Assembly: GCA_041907145.1 (NCBI GenBank)
Contig: JAYRHW010000189.1
Location: 3,624-67,623 of the forward strand
Origin: Bdellovibrionota bacterium
GTDB lineage: Bacteria > Bdellovibrionota_C > UBA2361 > JAFLCA01
Length of the DNA stretch: 64,000 nucleotides
Reading direction: 5' to 3'
This document shows, piece by piece, positions 47,742-57,817 of this stretch (within the stretch, counting starts at the first letter, position 1; the number at the start of each line of letters is the position of its first letter). A program made the translations under genes and the position numbers. Below the pieces are notes generated by a model that searched no databases, was not told the DNA's origin, and saw only the letters and a program-made list of their open reading frames with translations.

Positions 47742-50429
47742 CTAAGACCGAGGAGGCCCGCCTGTGGTGGCCTGATAGAGAGTATGGTGCAGGATTTCAA
47801 AGAGGCCCTTGGAGATATGAGGCGTCGAAATCAGTCGAGAAAGCGCTTGCTCCATGGCGGAGCGGCGAACGGGGTCCAATCGCATGAACCAGTGGAACGA
47901 CTTTGCCAACCCGGCCGCCACATTCGGATTGAATGCATCGACCTGCAAAATACGATCAGCGAAGAACGTGTACCCCTCACCCGATAATCGATGAAACTGC
48001 GGTAAATTGCCCGCAAACGTTCCATACAGGGAGCTTATCTTATTGGGATTCTTGGAATCGATGGCGGGGTTGCGTTCAAGCAACTTCACCACCTCAATCG
48101 CATCACCCGTGGGCACGGCCACTTGTGCATTTACCCACATGTCCATCACCACGGAATCCGCTCGCCACCGGTCATAGAAATGGGACAACGCCTGCCCTCT
48201 CTCCGGCCCGTCACCAAGAGCCAGGCACCTCAGTGCGGCGTAGGAGTCGGTCATATTATCCGCCGATCTGTATTGTTCAAATGCAGCCGCCACTGCCTCC
48301 GACTTCTCCTCGGAGACCAAATACCCCAAACAGACGTTCTTCAAAGACCTCCACCCCATTGAGTTCGAGTCCCGGCGATATATCCCGCCTAATCTCTTGC
48401 TTATGTCGCGATAGCTCCCCCAGAAGACTTCACGATTTCTACTCGTCAATGTCTGCAGGAAAAATCGTCGGGCAGCGAAGGCCGCGTCAAAGTCCGGGGT
48501 TTCAAGACTCATACACAATGAAAGCAAGCTCGGCATCATCAGGGCTTGAGCCCTCAATGCCGCATCAAATTTCTCATCCACCAACAGTCGCGCGAGAGCC
48601 TCGGAAACAGTAGTCGACACCTGAGGATCTCTTCCCTGCTTTATCGCGCTGTAAGCTTGCTGCAAACATCGAAGCCCCAGCCGCTGCCCGGCCTCATACC
48701 GATTGAAAGGATCACTGTCATGCGCAAGCAGAAACGCTAAGTCATCATCGCTGTAATCAAATTCAATCTTTACCGGAGCAGAAAAATTACGCAGCAGCGA
48801 TGGAACCGGCCTCTCCTTCAAACCCCTACACTCGACCGCAGCAGATTCGGCCCGCAGGTCGACATAGCTGCCTCGCTCGCTGAACTTTAGCCCTGGCACG
48901 GCATCAAGTTTTACATCCCGCCCCGCTGCATCGAGCAGTCCAATCCGTATCGGAATGACAAACGGCTTCACCTGCGCCTGGCCCTGTATCAACGGAGAAG
49001 ACTGAGAAAATTCCAGCCGATACCTGCCTGAAGCCGCGTCGAAAACTTCCCGAACCTTAACCACCGGAGTCCCAGCTTGAGAATACCAGAGTGCAAACTG
49101 CGAAAGGTCCTCTCCGCTCACGTCCTGCATGACCTGCAAGAAATCCTCGGTGCGTACAGCTTGTCCGTCAAAGCGGCGCAAATACTCTCGCACGGCCCGA
49201 TTGAAGACGCCTTCGCCGAGCAGTGTTTTCAACATTCCGATGACTTCGGCTCCCTTGCGATATACCGTCGAGGTATAGAAATTGTCGATTTCGATATACG
49301 ATTCGGGGCGAATCGGATGCGCATTGGGGCCCGCGTCCTCGAGAAATTGGCGCTCCCGCACAATTCGCACGTTCTTAATGCGCTCCACCGCGGCCGAATT
49401 CATGTCAGCCGAGAAATCCTGCTCACGGAGCACCGTAAGTCCTTCCTTGAGCGTAAGTTGAAACCAATTTCGCAGCGTAACCCTGTTGCCCGTATAGTTA
49501 TGGAAATACTCGTGGGCGATGACCGCTTCGATTTCAATATAGTCCTCATCACGAGCCGAGCTGGGGTCGGCCAAGACATACATGGCGTTAAAAATGTTCA
49601 ACCCCTTGTTCTCCATGGCGCCGGCATTGAAGTCATCGACAACAACAACGACATAAGTATCTAGGTCATACTCCAGTCCATAAACATCCTCGTCCCAGCG
49701 CATGGCTTTCTGCAGGGACTCCATGGCAAATCTGCAGCGCTCTTCATTGCCATGGCTGCAGTAAATCTGAAGCAGGATGGATCTCCCACTCTTGGTCACA
49801 AAACGATCTTCGATGACGCCCAAATCTCCAGCTACCAACGCAAACAAATAGCAAGGTTTTAGGAAGGGATCCTTGAACGTTGCTTCGTGCCTGCCGCCGG
49901 CCAGCACTCGCTGCGAGGTCTTGTTTCCGTTGCACAAAAGCACCGGATACTGTTTCTTGTCCGCCTCGATGGTAACCTCATAGGCCGTCATCACGTCCGG
50001 ACGATCAGGGAAGTAGGTCAAACATCGAAACCCCTCGGCCTCCATTTGGGTGCAAAGGATCCCCTTTGACTCGTAGAGGCCCAATCCCGATTTATTGTCT
50101 CGCGGCTTAATCGCCGTGACTATCGAGAGTTCTGCAGACTCGCCGATGTCCGGAATACTCAGCGATTCACGGCTCAGCACAAATTCTGTCTCGCGAAGCA
50201 GCCTGCCATTAACCGCGATGCTTCGAAGTTCGAGATTGCGGCCGTCGAGGCGCAGAGCTTCCCCGGACATTGCTGTGCCTCGCTTCAAGCTTAATGTCGA
50301 AGTTACGACCGTCTCTGCGGCTCGAATATCGACCTGCAGACGGATCGCCGGCACGAGATAGGCCGGTGGACGATAGTCACTCAGCAGTACTTGTTTTGGG
50401 GATTCCTGGTCCGAACTCATCGCAATCAT
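47742..50429 (-). CDS. pepN: aminopeptidase N (M1 family)
   Basis: GAMENKGLNIFN and HEYFHNYTGNRVT...E zinc-binding motifs. Start placed at the internal Met (MIAMSSDQ... / LLSDYRPPAY matches the PepN N-terminus). The track ORF extends to 50984. Confidence 0.9.
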   Translation of the reverse strand: MIAMSSDQESPKQVLLSDYRPPAYLVPAIRLQVDIRAAETVVTSTLSLKRGTAMSGEALRLDGRNLELRSIAVNGRLLRETEFVLSRESLSIPDIGESAELSIVTAIKPRDNKSGLGLYESKGILCTQMEAEGFRCLTYFPDRPDVMTAYEVTIEADKKQYPVLLCNGNKTSQRVLAGGRHEATFKDPFLKPCYLFALVAGDLGVIEDRFVTKSGRSILLQIYCSHGNEERCRFAMESLQKAMRWDEDVYGLEYDLDTYVVVVVDDFNAGAMENKGLNIFNAMYVLADPSSARDEDYIEIEAVIAHEYFHNYTGNRVTLRNWFQLTLKEGLTVLREQDFSADMNSAAVERIKNVRIVRERQFLEDAGPNAHPIRPESYIEIDNFYTSTVYRKGAEVIGMLKTLLGEGVFNRAVREYLRRFDGQAVRTEDFLQVMQDVSGEDLSQFALWYSQAGTPVVKVREVFDAASGRYRLEFSQSSPLIQGQAQVKPFVIPIRIGLLDAAGRDVKLDAVPGLKFSERGSYVDLRAESAAVECRGLKERPVPSLLRNFSAPVKIEFDYSDDDLAFLLAHDSDPFNRYEAGQRLGLRCLQQAYSAIKQGRDPQVSTTVSEALARLLVDEKFDAALRAQALMMPSLLSLCMSLETPDFDAAFAARRFFLQTLTSRNREVFWGSYRDISKRLGGIYRRDSNSMGWRSLKNVCLGYLVSEEKSEAVAAAFEQYRSADNMTDSYAALRCLALGDGPERGQALSHFYDRWRADSVVMDMWVNAQVAVPTGDAIEVVKLLERNPAIDSKNPNKISSLYGTFAGNLPQFHRLSGEGYTFFADRILQVDAFNPNVAAGLAKSFHWFMRLDPVRRSAMEQALSRLISTPHISKGLFEILHHTLYQATTGGPPRS

Positions 50430-50449
50430 GAATTGTATCGCTGTCTGGG

Positions 50450-51370
50450 CTATTTCGGATTTTCGCCTTTCATGCGCAGCCACACAAGGCCGCCGAGCAC
50501 GGCAAGAACGTAGGACTTGGCTCGCAATACTACGGCCACCCCAAGAGCTTGGGCCGGAGTTGCACCGATTCCATGCAAGAAGAAGTAGAACGCCCCCTCC
50601 TGAATACCCAGCCCATTCGGCGTAGCAGGAATCGACCCCACCAGTAAAATGATCGGCAGGACCACGAACAAATCCCAAACAGGAGGATGTTCCCACCCCA
50701 CTGCCTGGGCAGCAACTACGGTATTTACCACGGTGAGAGAGTGATAGAGAAAGGACAGTATCAGCGTTGTTCCCAAGAGACGAACATTCCCTCGCGCTAG
50801 CCGAAACCCGGATTGAACTTTGTGCATGCCCACGAGCACGGGCCGCAAAATGGCAAAACGCTCGAGAAGATGGGCCGGACGATCTGCCAAGGCAAGTACG
50901 GTGATAATGCCCAGACCCACGCCGACCAAGGCGATAGCAATACGTATCTCCACCGTCACATTGTCCACAAACCACATGAAGCACAAAGCCAAGAGCACCA
51001 TGGCCAAGAGGCCGGTGTAACGTTCAAGAATAGTCGCGGCCAGCGCCTCGTGTTGCCCAACTTTCTTGCCGATGTACCAACTGCGGACGATGTCTCCCCC
51101 GACATAGGACGGCATAAGCAAGTTCACGAAATAGCCGACCAGATATAAACCAAAGAGACGCACGAGCGAGACCGGCGCCTTGAGAAACTCGATGAACAAC
51201 TTCCACTTCAGCGCACTAACATAAATAAGGGCGATAGATAGCAAGGCCAGGCGCCCGATATCCCGCATCGAAAGGTCCTCAAGCGCGACAAGCAGCTCCT
51301 GGGGACTGACTAGATAGACAAGCCCAACCAAGATCGCCAGCGCAAATAACGTGCGAAGAACCTTCTTCAC
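50450..51370 (-). CDS. polytopic membrane protein, flippase-like / LPG-synthase-TM (UPF0104)-like candidate
   Basis: 306 aa with ~8 hydrophobic helices. 4-nt overlap with the upstream GT-C gene. Family assignment is by gestalt only. Confidence 0.55.
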   Translation of the reverse strand: MKKVLRTLFALAILVGLVYLVSPQELLVALEDLSMRDIGRLALLSIALIYVSALKWKLFIEFLKAPVSLVRLFGLYLVGYFVNLLMPSYVGGDIVRSWYIGKKVGQHEALAATILERYTGLLAMVLLALCFMWFVDNVTVEIRIAIALVGVGLGIITVLALADRPAHLLERFAILRPVLVGMHKVQSGFRLARGNVRLLGTTLILSFLYHSLTVVNTVVAAQAVGWEHPPVWDLFVVLPIILLVGSIPATPNGLGIQEGAFYFFLHGIGATPAQALGVAVVLRAKSYVLAVLGGLVWLRMKGENPK

Positions 51371-53394
51371 TTGAGCACCTCAACCTCTGCTATCGACCAG
51401 TCGAAAATCGGCTGCGTTCCCATTTGTCTCAAAATGATGCGCTGAATATCCGCCGATGCGAAGGTGAACAGCATGGACGTCGCATCGTCCCGAGCGTAGC
51501 GGACCGCTTCCCAGTCGTCGGGATCAAGGAGTACGCGCTTGTTCCCGTTCCGCAGCACGAGATCTATCCCTAAGTCCCGCGGCTGATCATGCACCCAAGT
51601 GCCCAGCTCATACCGGACGCCGCGAATCGTCTCGCCAGCAGCGATATCGATACGATACTCCATGCCAGGACGCTGTGGAGCCGCCGAACCCCAGCGAGTG
51701 CCTGGATTACCGTCCACCCCGAGCAGGACGGCGGTCTGTCCATCTGTCGCTGACGGGGTAAGCAACTTGCTCTCGAGGGGAACAAGAGACAACTCGCTGG
51801 GATGCAGGTCATAGAGCACTTCATAATTGGAAACCAATACGGATTGGTACCGCAGGCCCTCTAGGTCGAAGGCCCGTCTCACGACTCTAGCCTGCGATGG
51901 AACCAATACTAACGGTAAATAGCTCTTGCCTCGAATTCCCGCATCGCGCTCATAGTCGCGAATGCGAACGTCCTTGGGCTCATGAAAAATCGCGAATCGC
52001 ACTCGCTCCTTTGTCTCGAACGCCAGCCGATACCCGATCCAATAGTTAGTTCGCACAAAATCGATTCCAGCCTTCTCGAGAAAGCCAATCAACTCACGGT
52101 GATCTTTGGAAACCCTTTCCCCTTCATAAATGAATGGCTCTCCCGGCAGGGCCCTGCCGCCCAAGTACCAAGACGAGACATTCAATAGCAGAACTCCGCA
52201 AGTCAAAGCCCCAGCTAGAATTCGACTACGCAAGGCGAGCAACGAGATTGCACAGGCACTAAGCACGAAAATAGAGACATAAGCCGGCAGCAAGTACCGC
52301 GGAGACTGTACGAGCGAGCCAAAGGAGCTGGTGACAAATACTGCGACGATAGTCATGAGCAAGAGCATGAAGAGCTCTACCGGATCACGGCGGCTAATCT
52401 GAAAGGCACACAAGGCCTTGAGCCCAAATCGCCGCTTCCATAACAAATACACGAGAAGAAGGCCGTACAGTCCAAACGCGGCCTGGGAAGCTCCGGGGAA
52501 AACATCTTCCTTGTGCCACTGACGCCGTGCTCCGAGGAGCATCGGCAAAGAGGTGCTCAGTAATCCCTCCGTATGCTCGGAAACTGCAGAAACATCCGAG
52601 GCTTTGACAATCTCGAACGAAACAAAATGATGTCGAAGATTATAGATCCAAAACGGTGCGCCGCCGATGAGAAATGCAACTGCTGCTGCCAGAGAATGGC
52701 GAAGCAAAGACTTGAACAAATCCGGGAGCGAATGTCTGTTCGCTGAGTACAACGATGTCGCTATACAAAAGGCAGAAGGCAAAATGAAATACAGAATTTG
52801 ATTGTTTACCCACCAGCCGAGGCCCAAAAACGCGGCGATCGCGGCAGTTTGCAACTCCGTGGGTCGCGAGGTGCGGAGCCAGCGCAGCAGGAGTACGATC
52901 GAGAAGCCGCCGATACACAGGATTTCCATGTACCCTCCGCGCGCCATCGAGCTCCACAGCACCAGAAGCTGGGGAGGCAAAGCTGCAAACAAAGCTGCCA
53001 GCCTTGCAACGCCTCTGCTGCCCAGCTCCAGACCTATCTGATAGAGCAGCACGACAAACAGCAACGAACACACAAGCGGGACGACCTTAAGCGCCACCGA
53101 GGAAATTCCCACGACGGCAAATAGGCCTGCCGCGAAGAAGGCTTCAAGGCTGCCCATGTAGTGCTGCCCGTAATAGAAAATCGGGAAATCCCTGCCTTCG
53201 AGAATATGCTTGGCCATGAGGCCGACGATGGCCTCATCGGAGTCTATAACGAAGCGGTTAGCGAATAGGAAATCCAGCCGCAGCAGCAGTCCTGCCAGCA
53301 GAATCAGCGTCAGAAATATTCGATCATGCTTTAGCAAGAAATTCGGTAGCACAACGAGAGCTGCTTCAGAGGATGATTTGCTGCCTGACGGCAT
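51367..53394 (-). CDS. GT-C fold membrane glycosyltransferase (GT39/GT83 PMT_2/ArnT-like) with C-terminal discoidin (F5/8 type C) domain
   Basis: The N-terminal first-loop motif VIDSDEAIVGLMAKHILEG...FYYGQHYMGSLEAF is followed by ~11 TM helices. The C-terminus LLGVDGNPGTRWGSAAPQRPGMEYRIDIAAGETIRGVRYELGTW matches the discoidin DGxxxTxW...W.vDLG pattern. Confidence 0.65.
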   Translation of the reverse strand: MPSGSKSSSEAALVVLPNFLLKHDRIFLTLILLAGLLLRLDFLFANRFVIDSDEAIVGLMAKHILEGRDFPIFYYGQHYMGSLEAFFAAGLFAVVGISSVALKVVPLVCSLLFVVLLYQIGLELGSRGVARLAALFAALPPQLLVLWSSMARGGYMEILCIGGFSIVLLLRWLRTSRPTELQTAAIAAFLGLGWWVNNQILYFILPSAFCIATSLYSANRHSLPDLFKSLLRHSLAAAVAFLIGGAPFWIYNLRHHFVSFEIVKASDVSAVSEHTEGLLSTSLPMLLGARRQWHKEDVFPGASQAAFGLYGLLLVYLLWKRRFGLKALCAFQISRRDPVELFMLLLMTIVAVFVTSSFGSLVQSPRYLLPAYVSIFVLSACAISLLALRSRILAGALTCGVLLLNVSSWYLGGRALPGEPFIYEGERVSKDHRELIGFLEKAGIDFVRTNYWIGYRLAFETKERVRFAIFHEPKDVRIRDYERDAGIRGKSYLPLVLVPSQARVVRRAFDLEGLRYQSVLVSNYEVLYDLHPSELSLVPLESKLLTPSATDGQTAVLLGVDGNPGTRWGSAAPQRPGMEYRIDIAAGETIRGVRYELGTWVHDQPRDLGIDLVLRNGNKRVLLDPDDWEAVRYARDDATSMLFTFASADIQRIILRQMGTQPIFDWSIAEVEVLK

Positions 53395-53396
53395 CG

Positions 53397-54584
53397 CTAC
53401 GCTCCCTGCGCTTGGGCCGCAAGGCGTTCGTAGGCGGCGAGCGTTTGCTCGCCGGTCTTACTCCAGGTGAAAAGCTTCGCTTGCTCAGGGCCCCGTGATT
53501 TCAATCGCTGAGAGAGCTCCGAAGTATGCAGAACGGCAAACAATTCACGCGCAGCCTGTTCAAAGTCATTCGGATCCACCATGAGTGCCGCATCACCCAG
53601 GACCTCCGGCATACTCGAAGTCCCAGAACTTACGACCGGGGCTCCGGCCGCCATCGCTTCGAGAGGTGGCAGTCCGAACCCCTCATACAAGCTCGGGAAG
53701 AAAAACACCGCACAAGTAGCATAAAGCTGCAAAAGGTCCGAATCGTCTACGAATCCCGGAGTCACCACATCCGCTTCCAAGCCGAGTACCTTTATCAGGT
53801 GCTCGACCTTAGTATACTGGGCATCGGATTGAATGTTGCCGGCCATGAGCAGTACAGGAGCGATTTGCCCCTGCTCGATGCTCATGCACTTTAGAATACT
53901 AAACGTGTGCAATAATCCAGCCGCATTTTTACGCTGATCAATTCCTCCGACGTACAGAACCAGGGGCCGGCCTGATGGAATCCGATACCGGGATAACAAT
54001 GGCTGCAAATCGCGCGGCGCCTGGGCGTCGAAAAACTTCCGGTCAACGCCCAAGTGTGTGACGACTATTCTGTCTTCCGGCACCCCCAACATTCTGTGCA
54101 CATCGCGTGCGGTGTTATGGCTGATTGCAACGATGAGCGAAGCATTCTTGATCGCCTGCATCTCCAAGAATCTGGCGAACGCAAAACGCCAGGTAGGCTT
54201 GTCGGCTTTATAGAGATCTTTGAGCACCAGGGGAATAAGATCGAGCACCGTTAGAATGTAGCGCTTTGGACTCCAAGCCGGCGCATCCATATGCGCCGGA
54301 AAGTGCACCGCATCAAATTGGCTTAGCGCCCCCTTCCTGAGCCGCAATGGATACAAGATTTGCTGGCTTAAGGTGCGTTTGCCGGCCGGAAGCGCATCAA
54401 TACACCGCAGTGCGAGAGAAGGCTCCTTGAAGGCAGTTTGATCGAAGGACCCCACTTGCAAGCCGGCCCCGGAGTACCCCTTCAGGTAGCGGTGCAGCTC
54501 TTGCACGTAGCGTCCGATTCCGCGCAATGCGTGATTCTTAAAGCTCGTGTCGAGCGCGCTGGTGTCCAGTCCGATCGAGTACAT
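53397..54584 (-). CDS. glycosyltransferase family 4 (GT-B)
   Basis: E-x7-E motif region [27 protein letters not shown]. Confidence 0.85.
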   Translation of the reverse strand: MYSIGLDTSALDTSFKNHALRGIGRYVQELHRYLKGYSGAGLQVGSFDQTAFKEPSLALRCIDALPAGKRTLSQQILYPLRLRKGALSQFDAVHFPAHMDAPAWSPKRYILTVLDLIPLVLKDLYKADKPTWRFAFARFLEMQAIKNASLIVAISHNTARDVHRMLGVPEDRIVVTHLGVDRKFFDAQAPRDLQPLLSRYRIPSGRPLVLYVGGIDQRKNAAGLLHTFSILKCMSIEQGQIAPVLLMAGNIQSDAQYTKVEHLIKVLGLEADVVTPGFVDDSDLLQLYATCAVFFFPSLYEGFGLPPLEAMAAGAPVVSSGTSSMPEVLGDAALMVDPNDFEQAARELFAVLHTSELSQRLKSRGPEQAKLFTWSKTGEQTLAAYERLAAQAQGA

Positions 54585-54591
54585 AGAATAT

Positions 54592-55689
54592 TTAACTACC
54601 CGTGGCGGATTTTGCCGACCGGCGCCGAATAGATTGCGCGAGGAGACCTTGCACCTGCTCCGAGAATTTCTCGACCGACAGCTCTGACGCTCGCTGCTTG
54701 CCTGCCTCGATCATTCGGGTACGCAGCTTAGCATCTGAGTACACTCGAAACATCAATTCCGCAATCTCAGGGTGCTTCTTCTCCTTTACGAGTATGCCGC
54801 CAGCTCCAATCGTCTGAGGCAGAGCTGACGAAGCGAACGAAATAACGGGAAGTCCGAAGTGCATGGCCTCGATGACCGGCAAGCAGAAGCCCTCATGCTC
54901 GCTCATACACAGATACATGCTGGCAGCCTGATACAGGGATTTCAATTCGCTATCGTCGCGTTGACCTATAAAATGCACGCTCTCGTCGATGCCAAGCTGC
55001 TGAACGAGTCGCTTAAGTCCGAATGAATACACCTCGGTATCGATGTCAATGCCTACCAGCCATAATTTCGAGGTCTGGTGAATATGTTTCTGCAGAAAGT
55101 AGAAGCACTTGATTATATCCTCGACGCACTTATTTGGCGCGAATCGTCCGACATGCAGCACATGCAACGAAGGATCGCTCTGCAGCAGCGATAATATACC
55201 CGGATTAGCCGGCACTGACCATTTCTCTGAGTCGATGGGGAGCTCGAGCACACTGGCATCGAATCCCAACGTTTTATGTTCTCCCGCATTGAATGCCGAG
55301 TCAGCGATAAGTAAGTCGCTAAGTCTGCAGAGTTCGGGCAATTCCCGCAGTCCCCGCTCGATGTCGGCCGCGATGCGAGGATTAGTCGAGCGAAACCAGT
55401 GTGCAGGGGTCAAGTTATGATATATCAACGCTCGACCAACGGTACTAAGACCACGATAGAGATCATTGAGCGGGGAGCCCAGCGAGTAATGGAGAATCAC
55501 CTCACCCGAAAAGGCCTGCGGAAAGTCACGCACATCTCGCGCTTGTGACTTGTACTTAGGGTGAACGTTAATTGCGAAAATCTCCGAACTGATCCCCATC
55601 TGCTGGAGGCAGCGGCGCAGCGCCAGCACCTCGCCTGAAATGGCGTCCCCGTAACTGAGTGTATGTACCAGCTGGTGAACTTCTCGCAT
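54592..55689 (-). CDS. glycosyltransferase family 4 (GT-B)
   Basis: MSEHEGFCLPVIEAMHFGLPVISFASSALPQTIG motif region. Confidence 0.85.
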   Translation of the reverse strand: MREVHQLVHTLSYGDAISGEVLALRRCLQQMGISSEIFAINVHPKYKSQARDVRDFPQAFSGEVILHYSLGSPLNDLYRGLSTVGRALIYHNLTPAHWFRSTNPRIAADIERGLRELPELCRLSDLLIADSAFNAGEHKTLGFDASVLELPIDSEKWSVPANPGILSLLQSDPSLHVLHVGRFAPNKCVEDIIKCFYFLQKHIHQTSKLWLVGIDIDTEVYSFGLKRLVQQLGIDESVHFIGQRDDSELKSLYQAASMYLCMSEHEGFCLPVIEAMHFGLPVISFASSALPQTIGAGGILVKEKKHPEIAELMFRVYSDAKLRTRMIEAGKQRASELSVEKFSEQVQGLLAQSIRRRSAKSATGS

Positions 55690-55698
55690 GGCCGAACG

Positions 55699-56478
55699 TT
55701 ATAACAACTCTGCAAAGCTGTCGCGGAACCGGCTGTACACCATGTTCCCGAGCACCAGGGCTACCCCGGCCCAGGCCATCAGATACGCCCAGGAATAGAA
55801 GGCAGGCACCACCCCATCCAGAACAAGGCTATGGTACATCATGAGCAACCCCGCGAAAGGGTTAATATCGAGAGTAAATCGAAAGGCTTGCGGCACGTTA
55901 CTGGCGGGATACACGACTGGGCAGAGGAAAAACAGCAGAGTTAGAAAATTACCCAGAATATGCTGCACGTCTCGGAACTGCACGTTGAGCGCCGAAAGAC
56001 AGAGTCCGGCGCCATAGAGCAGCAGCGCCTGCAGCACTATGCAGAACGGCAGCAGCAGTAGACTGGAATGAAACGGCATATGCGCGGCATACATGAAGAC
56101 AGCCAACAGGGGTAGTGACAACAAAAAATTTACCATGGTCGTGATGACAGCAACGAAGGGCAGTATATGCGCCGGAAACATCGATTTGGTAATGAGATGT
56201 CCGCTCGATACGATCGACGAGGTAGACTCCGAAAGTCCGCTCGTGGTCCATATCCAGGGTAGCAGTCCGCAAAAAAGAAAAATGGTGTAGTTCTCGACGC
56301 TGTTGAAGCGAAGGTAGAATTGAAAGACCAGGGTGTACACGAGCATCAAGCAGAGCGGGTTCAAGAACGACCATAAAAATCCCAGCGCCGAACCGCGGTA
56401 GCGCATGGCCAGATGCCGACCAACGAGCGCGCCAATCAGCGCACGAAATTTCCAGAGTTCACGTATGCTCTCAAGCAC
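55699..56478 (-). CDS. wzm: ABC-2 type polysaccharide export permease (Wzm-like)
   Basis: ELWKFRALIGALVGRHLAMRYRGSALGFLWSFLNP is the Wzm N-terminal signature, with six TM helices. Likely start is GTG at 56478 (GGGAGAG RBS, 4 nt after the wzt stop). The track ORF extends to 56640, overlapping wzt. Confidence 0.8.
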   Translation of the reverse strand: MLESIRELWKFRALIGALVGRHLAMRYRGSALGFLWSFLNPLCLMLVYTLVFQFYLRFNSVENYTIFLFCGLLPWIWTTSGLSESTSSIVSSGHLITKSMFPAHILPFVAVITTMVNFLLSLPLLAVFMYAAHMPFHSSLLLLPFCIVLQALLLYGAGLCLSALNVQFRDVQHILGNFLTLLFFLCPVVYPASNVPQAFRFTLDINPFAGLLMMYHSLVLDGVVPAFYSWAYLMAWAGVALVLGNMVYSRFRDSFAELL

Positions 56479-56482
56479 AATA

Positions 56483-57814
56483 TTACTCTCCCGCCTTGAG
56501 CTGCAAAATCTTTCCGTCGAGCAGCCACTGATGCGCTGGTGCGAATACGCCGATATCCTTATGCGTGGACCGCACGACAAAGGACACCGCTGCCTTGTGG
56601 TAGTCAAAGGGATATCCATCGTCCCGGTGCACCGCCACATCCAGCGTGTAGGATCCTTCCAAAAGGCCTATTCGTGGGAGCTTGATGGTAAGCCGCCCTG
56701 ATTTTTCCAACCGCGGCAAGCTTAGGCGCTCGAGATCGGTATTCGTCCCGTACACGACCAGTCCATCGGCGCGATTAATGGCGATGCCAAATACGCAGCT
56801 GGGAACCTGCTCGTTTACCAAATATCGGAGCTCGATCCCGCAAGCATCTTCGGTGTGGAACAGGTGCCGGGCCTCGCCCTTCTCATCCACCAAGCTCACC
56901 GAATCGATAACTACCTCTCGGCTTCCCCAACGCGCTGCCTCTGTCTTGGGCTCGGATTCGGCTATCGGATGGCTCTGTGCTTCATGACGTTCAAGTTCGG
57001 CTTCCTCTCCTCGCTCGATGAACTGCCGGTAATGATCGATGACACGCCGCGGGTCGCCGCGATCTCTAACAATTCCCTCATGCAGCCATACGGCTTCATC
57101 GCACCAGCGCTCAACGGCATCGAGGTCATGCGTCACCAATAGAAGAGTTTTCCCCTCCTTGCGGAGCCGCGCGATGCGCTCCTTGCACTTGCTGACGAAC
57201 GCGGCATCGCCGACAGCCAGCACTTCATCGACGATCAAGACATCGGGATCGGTATGAACGGCCAAACTAAAGCCGAGCCTCATGAACATACCCGAAGAAT
57301 AGGTCCGCACCGGATCGTCTATTACCGCTTCCAGTTCAGCGAAGGAGACTATTTCATCAAATCGCTCATCAATTTGCGCACGCGTGAGCCCGTGCATGAC
57401 GCCGCCCAGGTATAAGTTCTCCCTCCCCGTAAAATCGGGATGAAAACCGGCACCCAATTCGATCAACGCTGCCACCCTGCCGTGAAGCTGCACCCGGCCG
57501 GCGTCCGGCTTGTAAATGCCGCTGATGAGTTTGAGCAGCGTGGATTTACCGGAGCCGTTGCGGCCGATGATTCCTACGGAAGCTCCCTGGGGGATACGAA
57601 TGGTGAGATCTTGAATCGCTCTCGTGATATTGCCTTCTGGCGCAGCCTTGGGGAAAGCAAACCGGAGCAGAGACGATTTGAGCGTCGTGTACCCGCCCTT
57701 GAGAGTCTGGCGACGAAAGGACTTGCTTAGGTCAACTATCTCCAGCGCGTAGCGTATTCCCTCAGCCTTTGCCGACGGCGATTGAACTACTGCTGCGGCT
57801 GTCGCGGTCTGCAC
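56483..57814 (-). CDS. wzt: ABC transporter ATP-binding protein Wzt-like with C-terminal carbohydrate-binding extension
   Basis: Walker A GRNGSGKSTLLKLISG, signature YSSGMFMRLGF, Walker B LIVDEVLAVGD, plus a ~180-aa C-terminal beta-rich domain. Confidence 0.85.
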   Translation of the reverse strand: MQTATAAAVVQSPSAKAEGIRYALEIVDLSKSFRRQTLKGGYTTLKSSLLRFAFPKAAPEGNITRAIQDLTIRIPQGASVGIIGRNGSGKSTLLKLISGIYKPDAGRVQLHGRVAALIELGAGFHPDFTGRENLYLGGVMHGLTRAQIDERFDEIVSFAELEAVIDDPVRTYSSGMFMRLGFSLAVHTDPDVLIVDEVLAVGDAAFVSKCKERIARLRKEGKTLLLVTHDLDAVERWCDEAVWLHEGIVRDRGDPRRVIDHYRQFIERGEEAELERHEAQSHPIAESEPKTEAARWGSREVVIDSVSLVDEKGEARHLFHTEDACGIELRYLVNEQVPSCVFGIAINRADGLVVYGTNTDLERLSLPRLEKSGRLTIKLPRIGLLEGSYTLDVAVHRDDGYPFDYHKAAVSFVVRSTHKDIGVFAPAHQWLLDGKILQLKAGE

Positions 57815-57817
57815 GTA

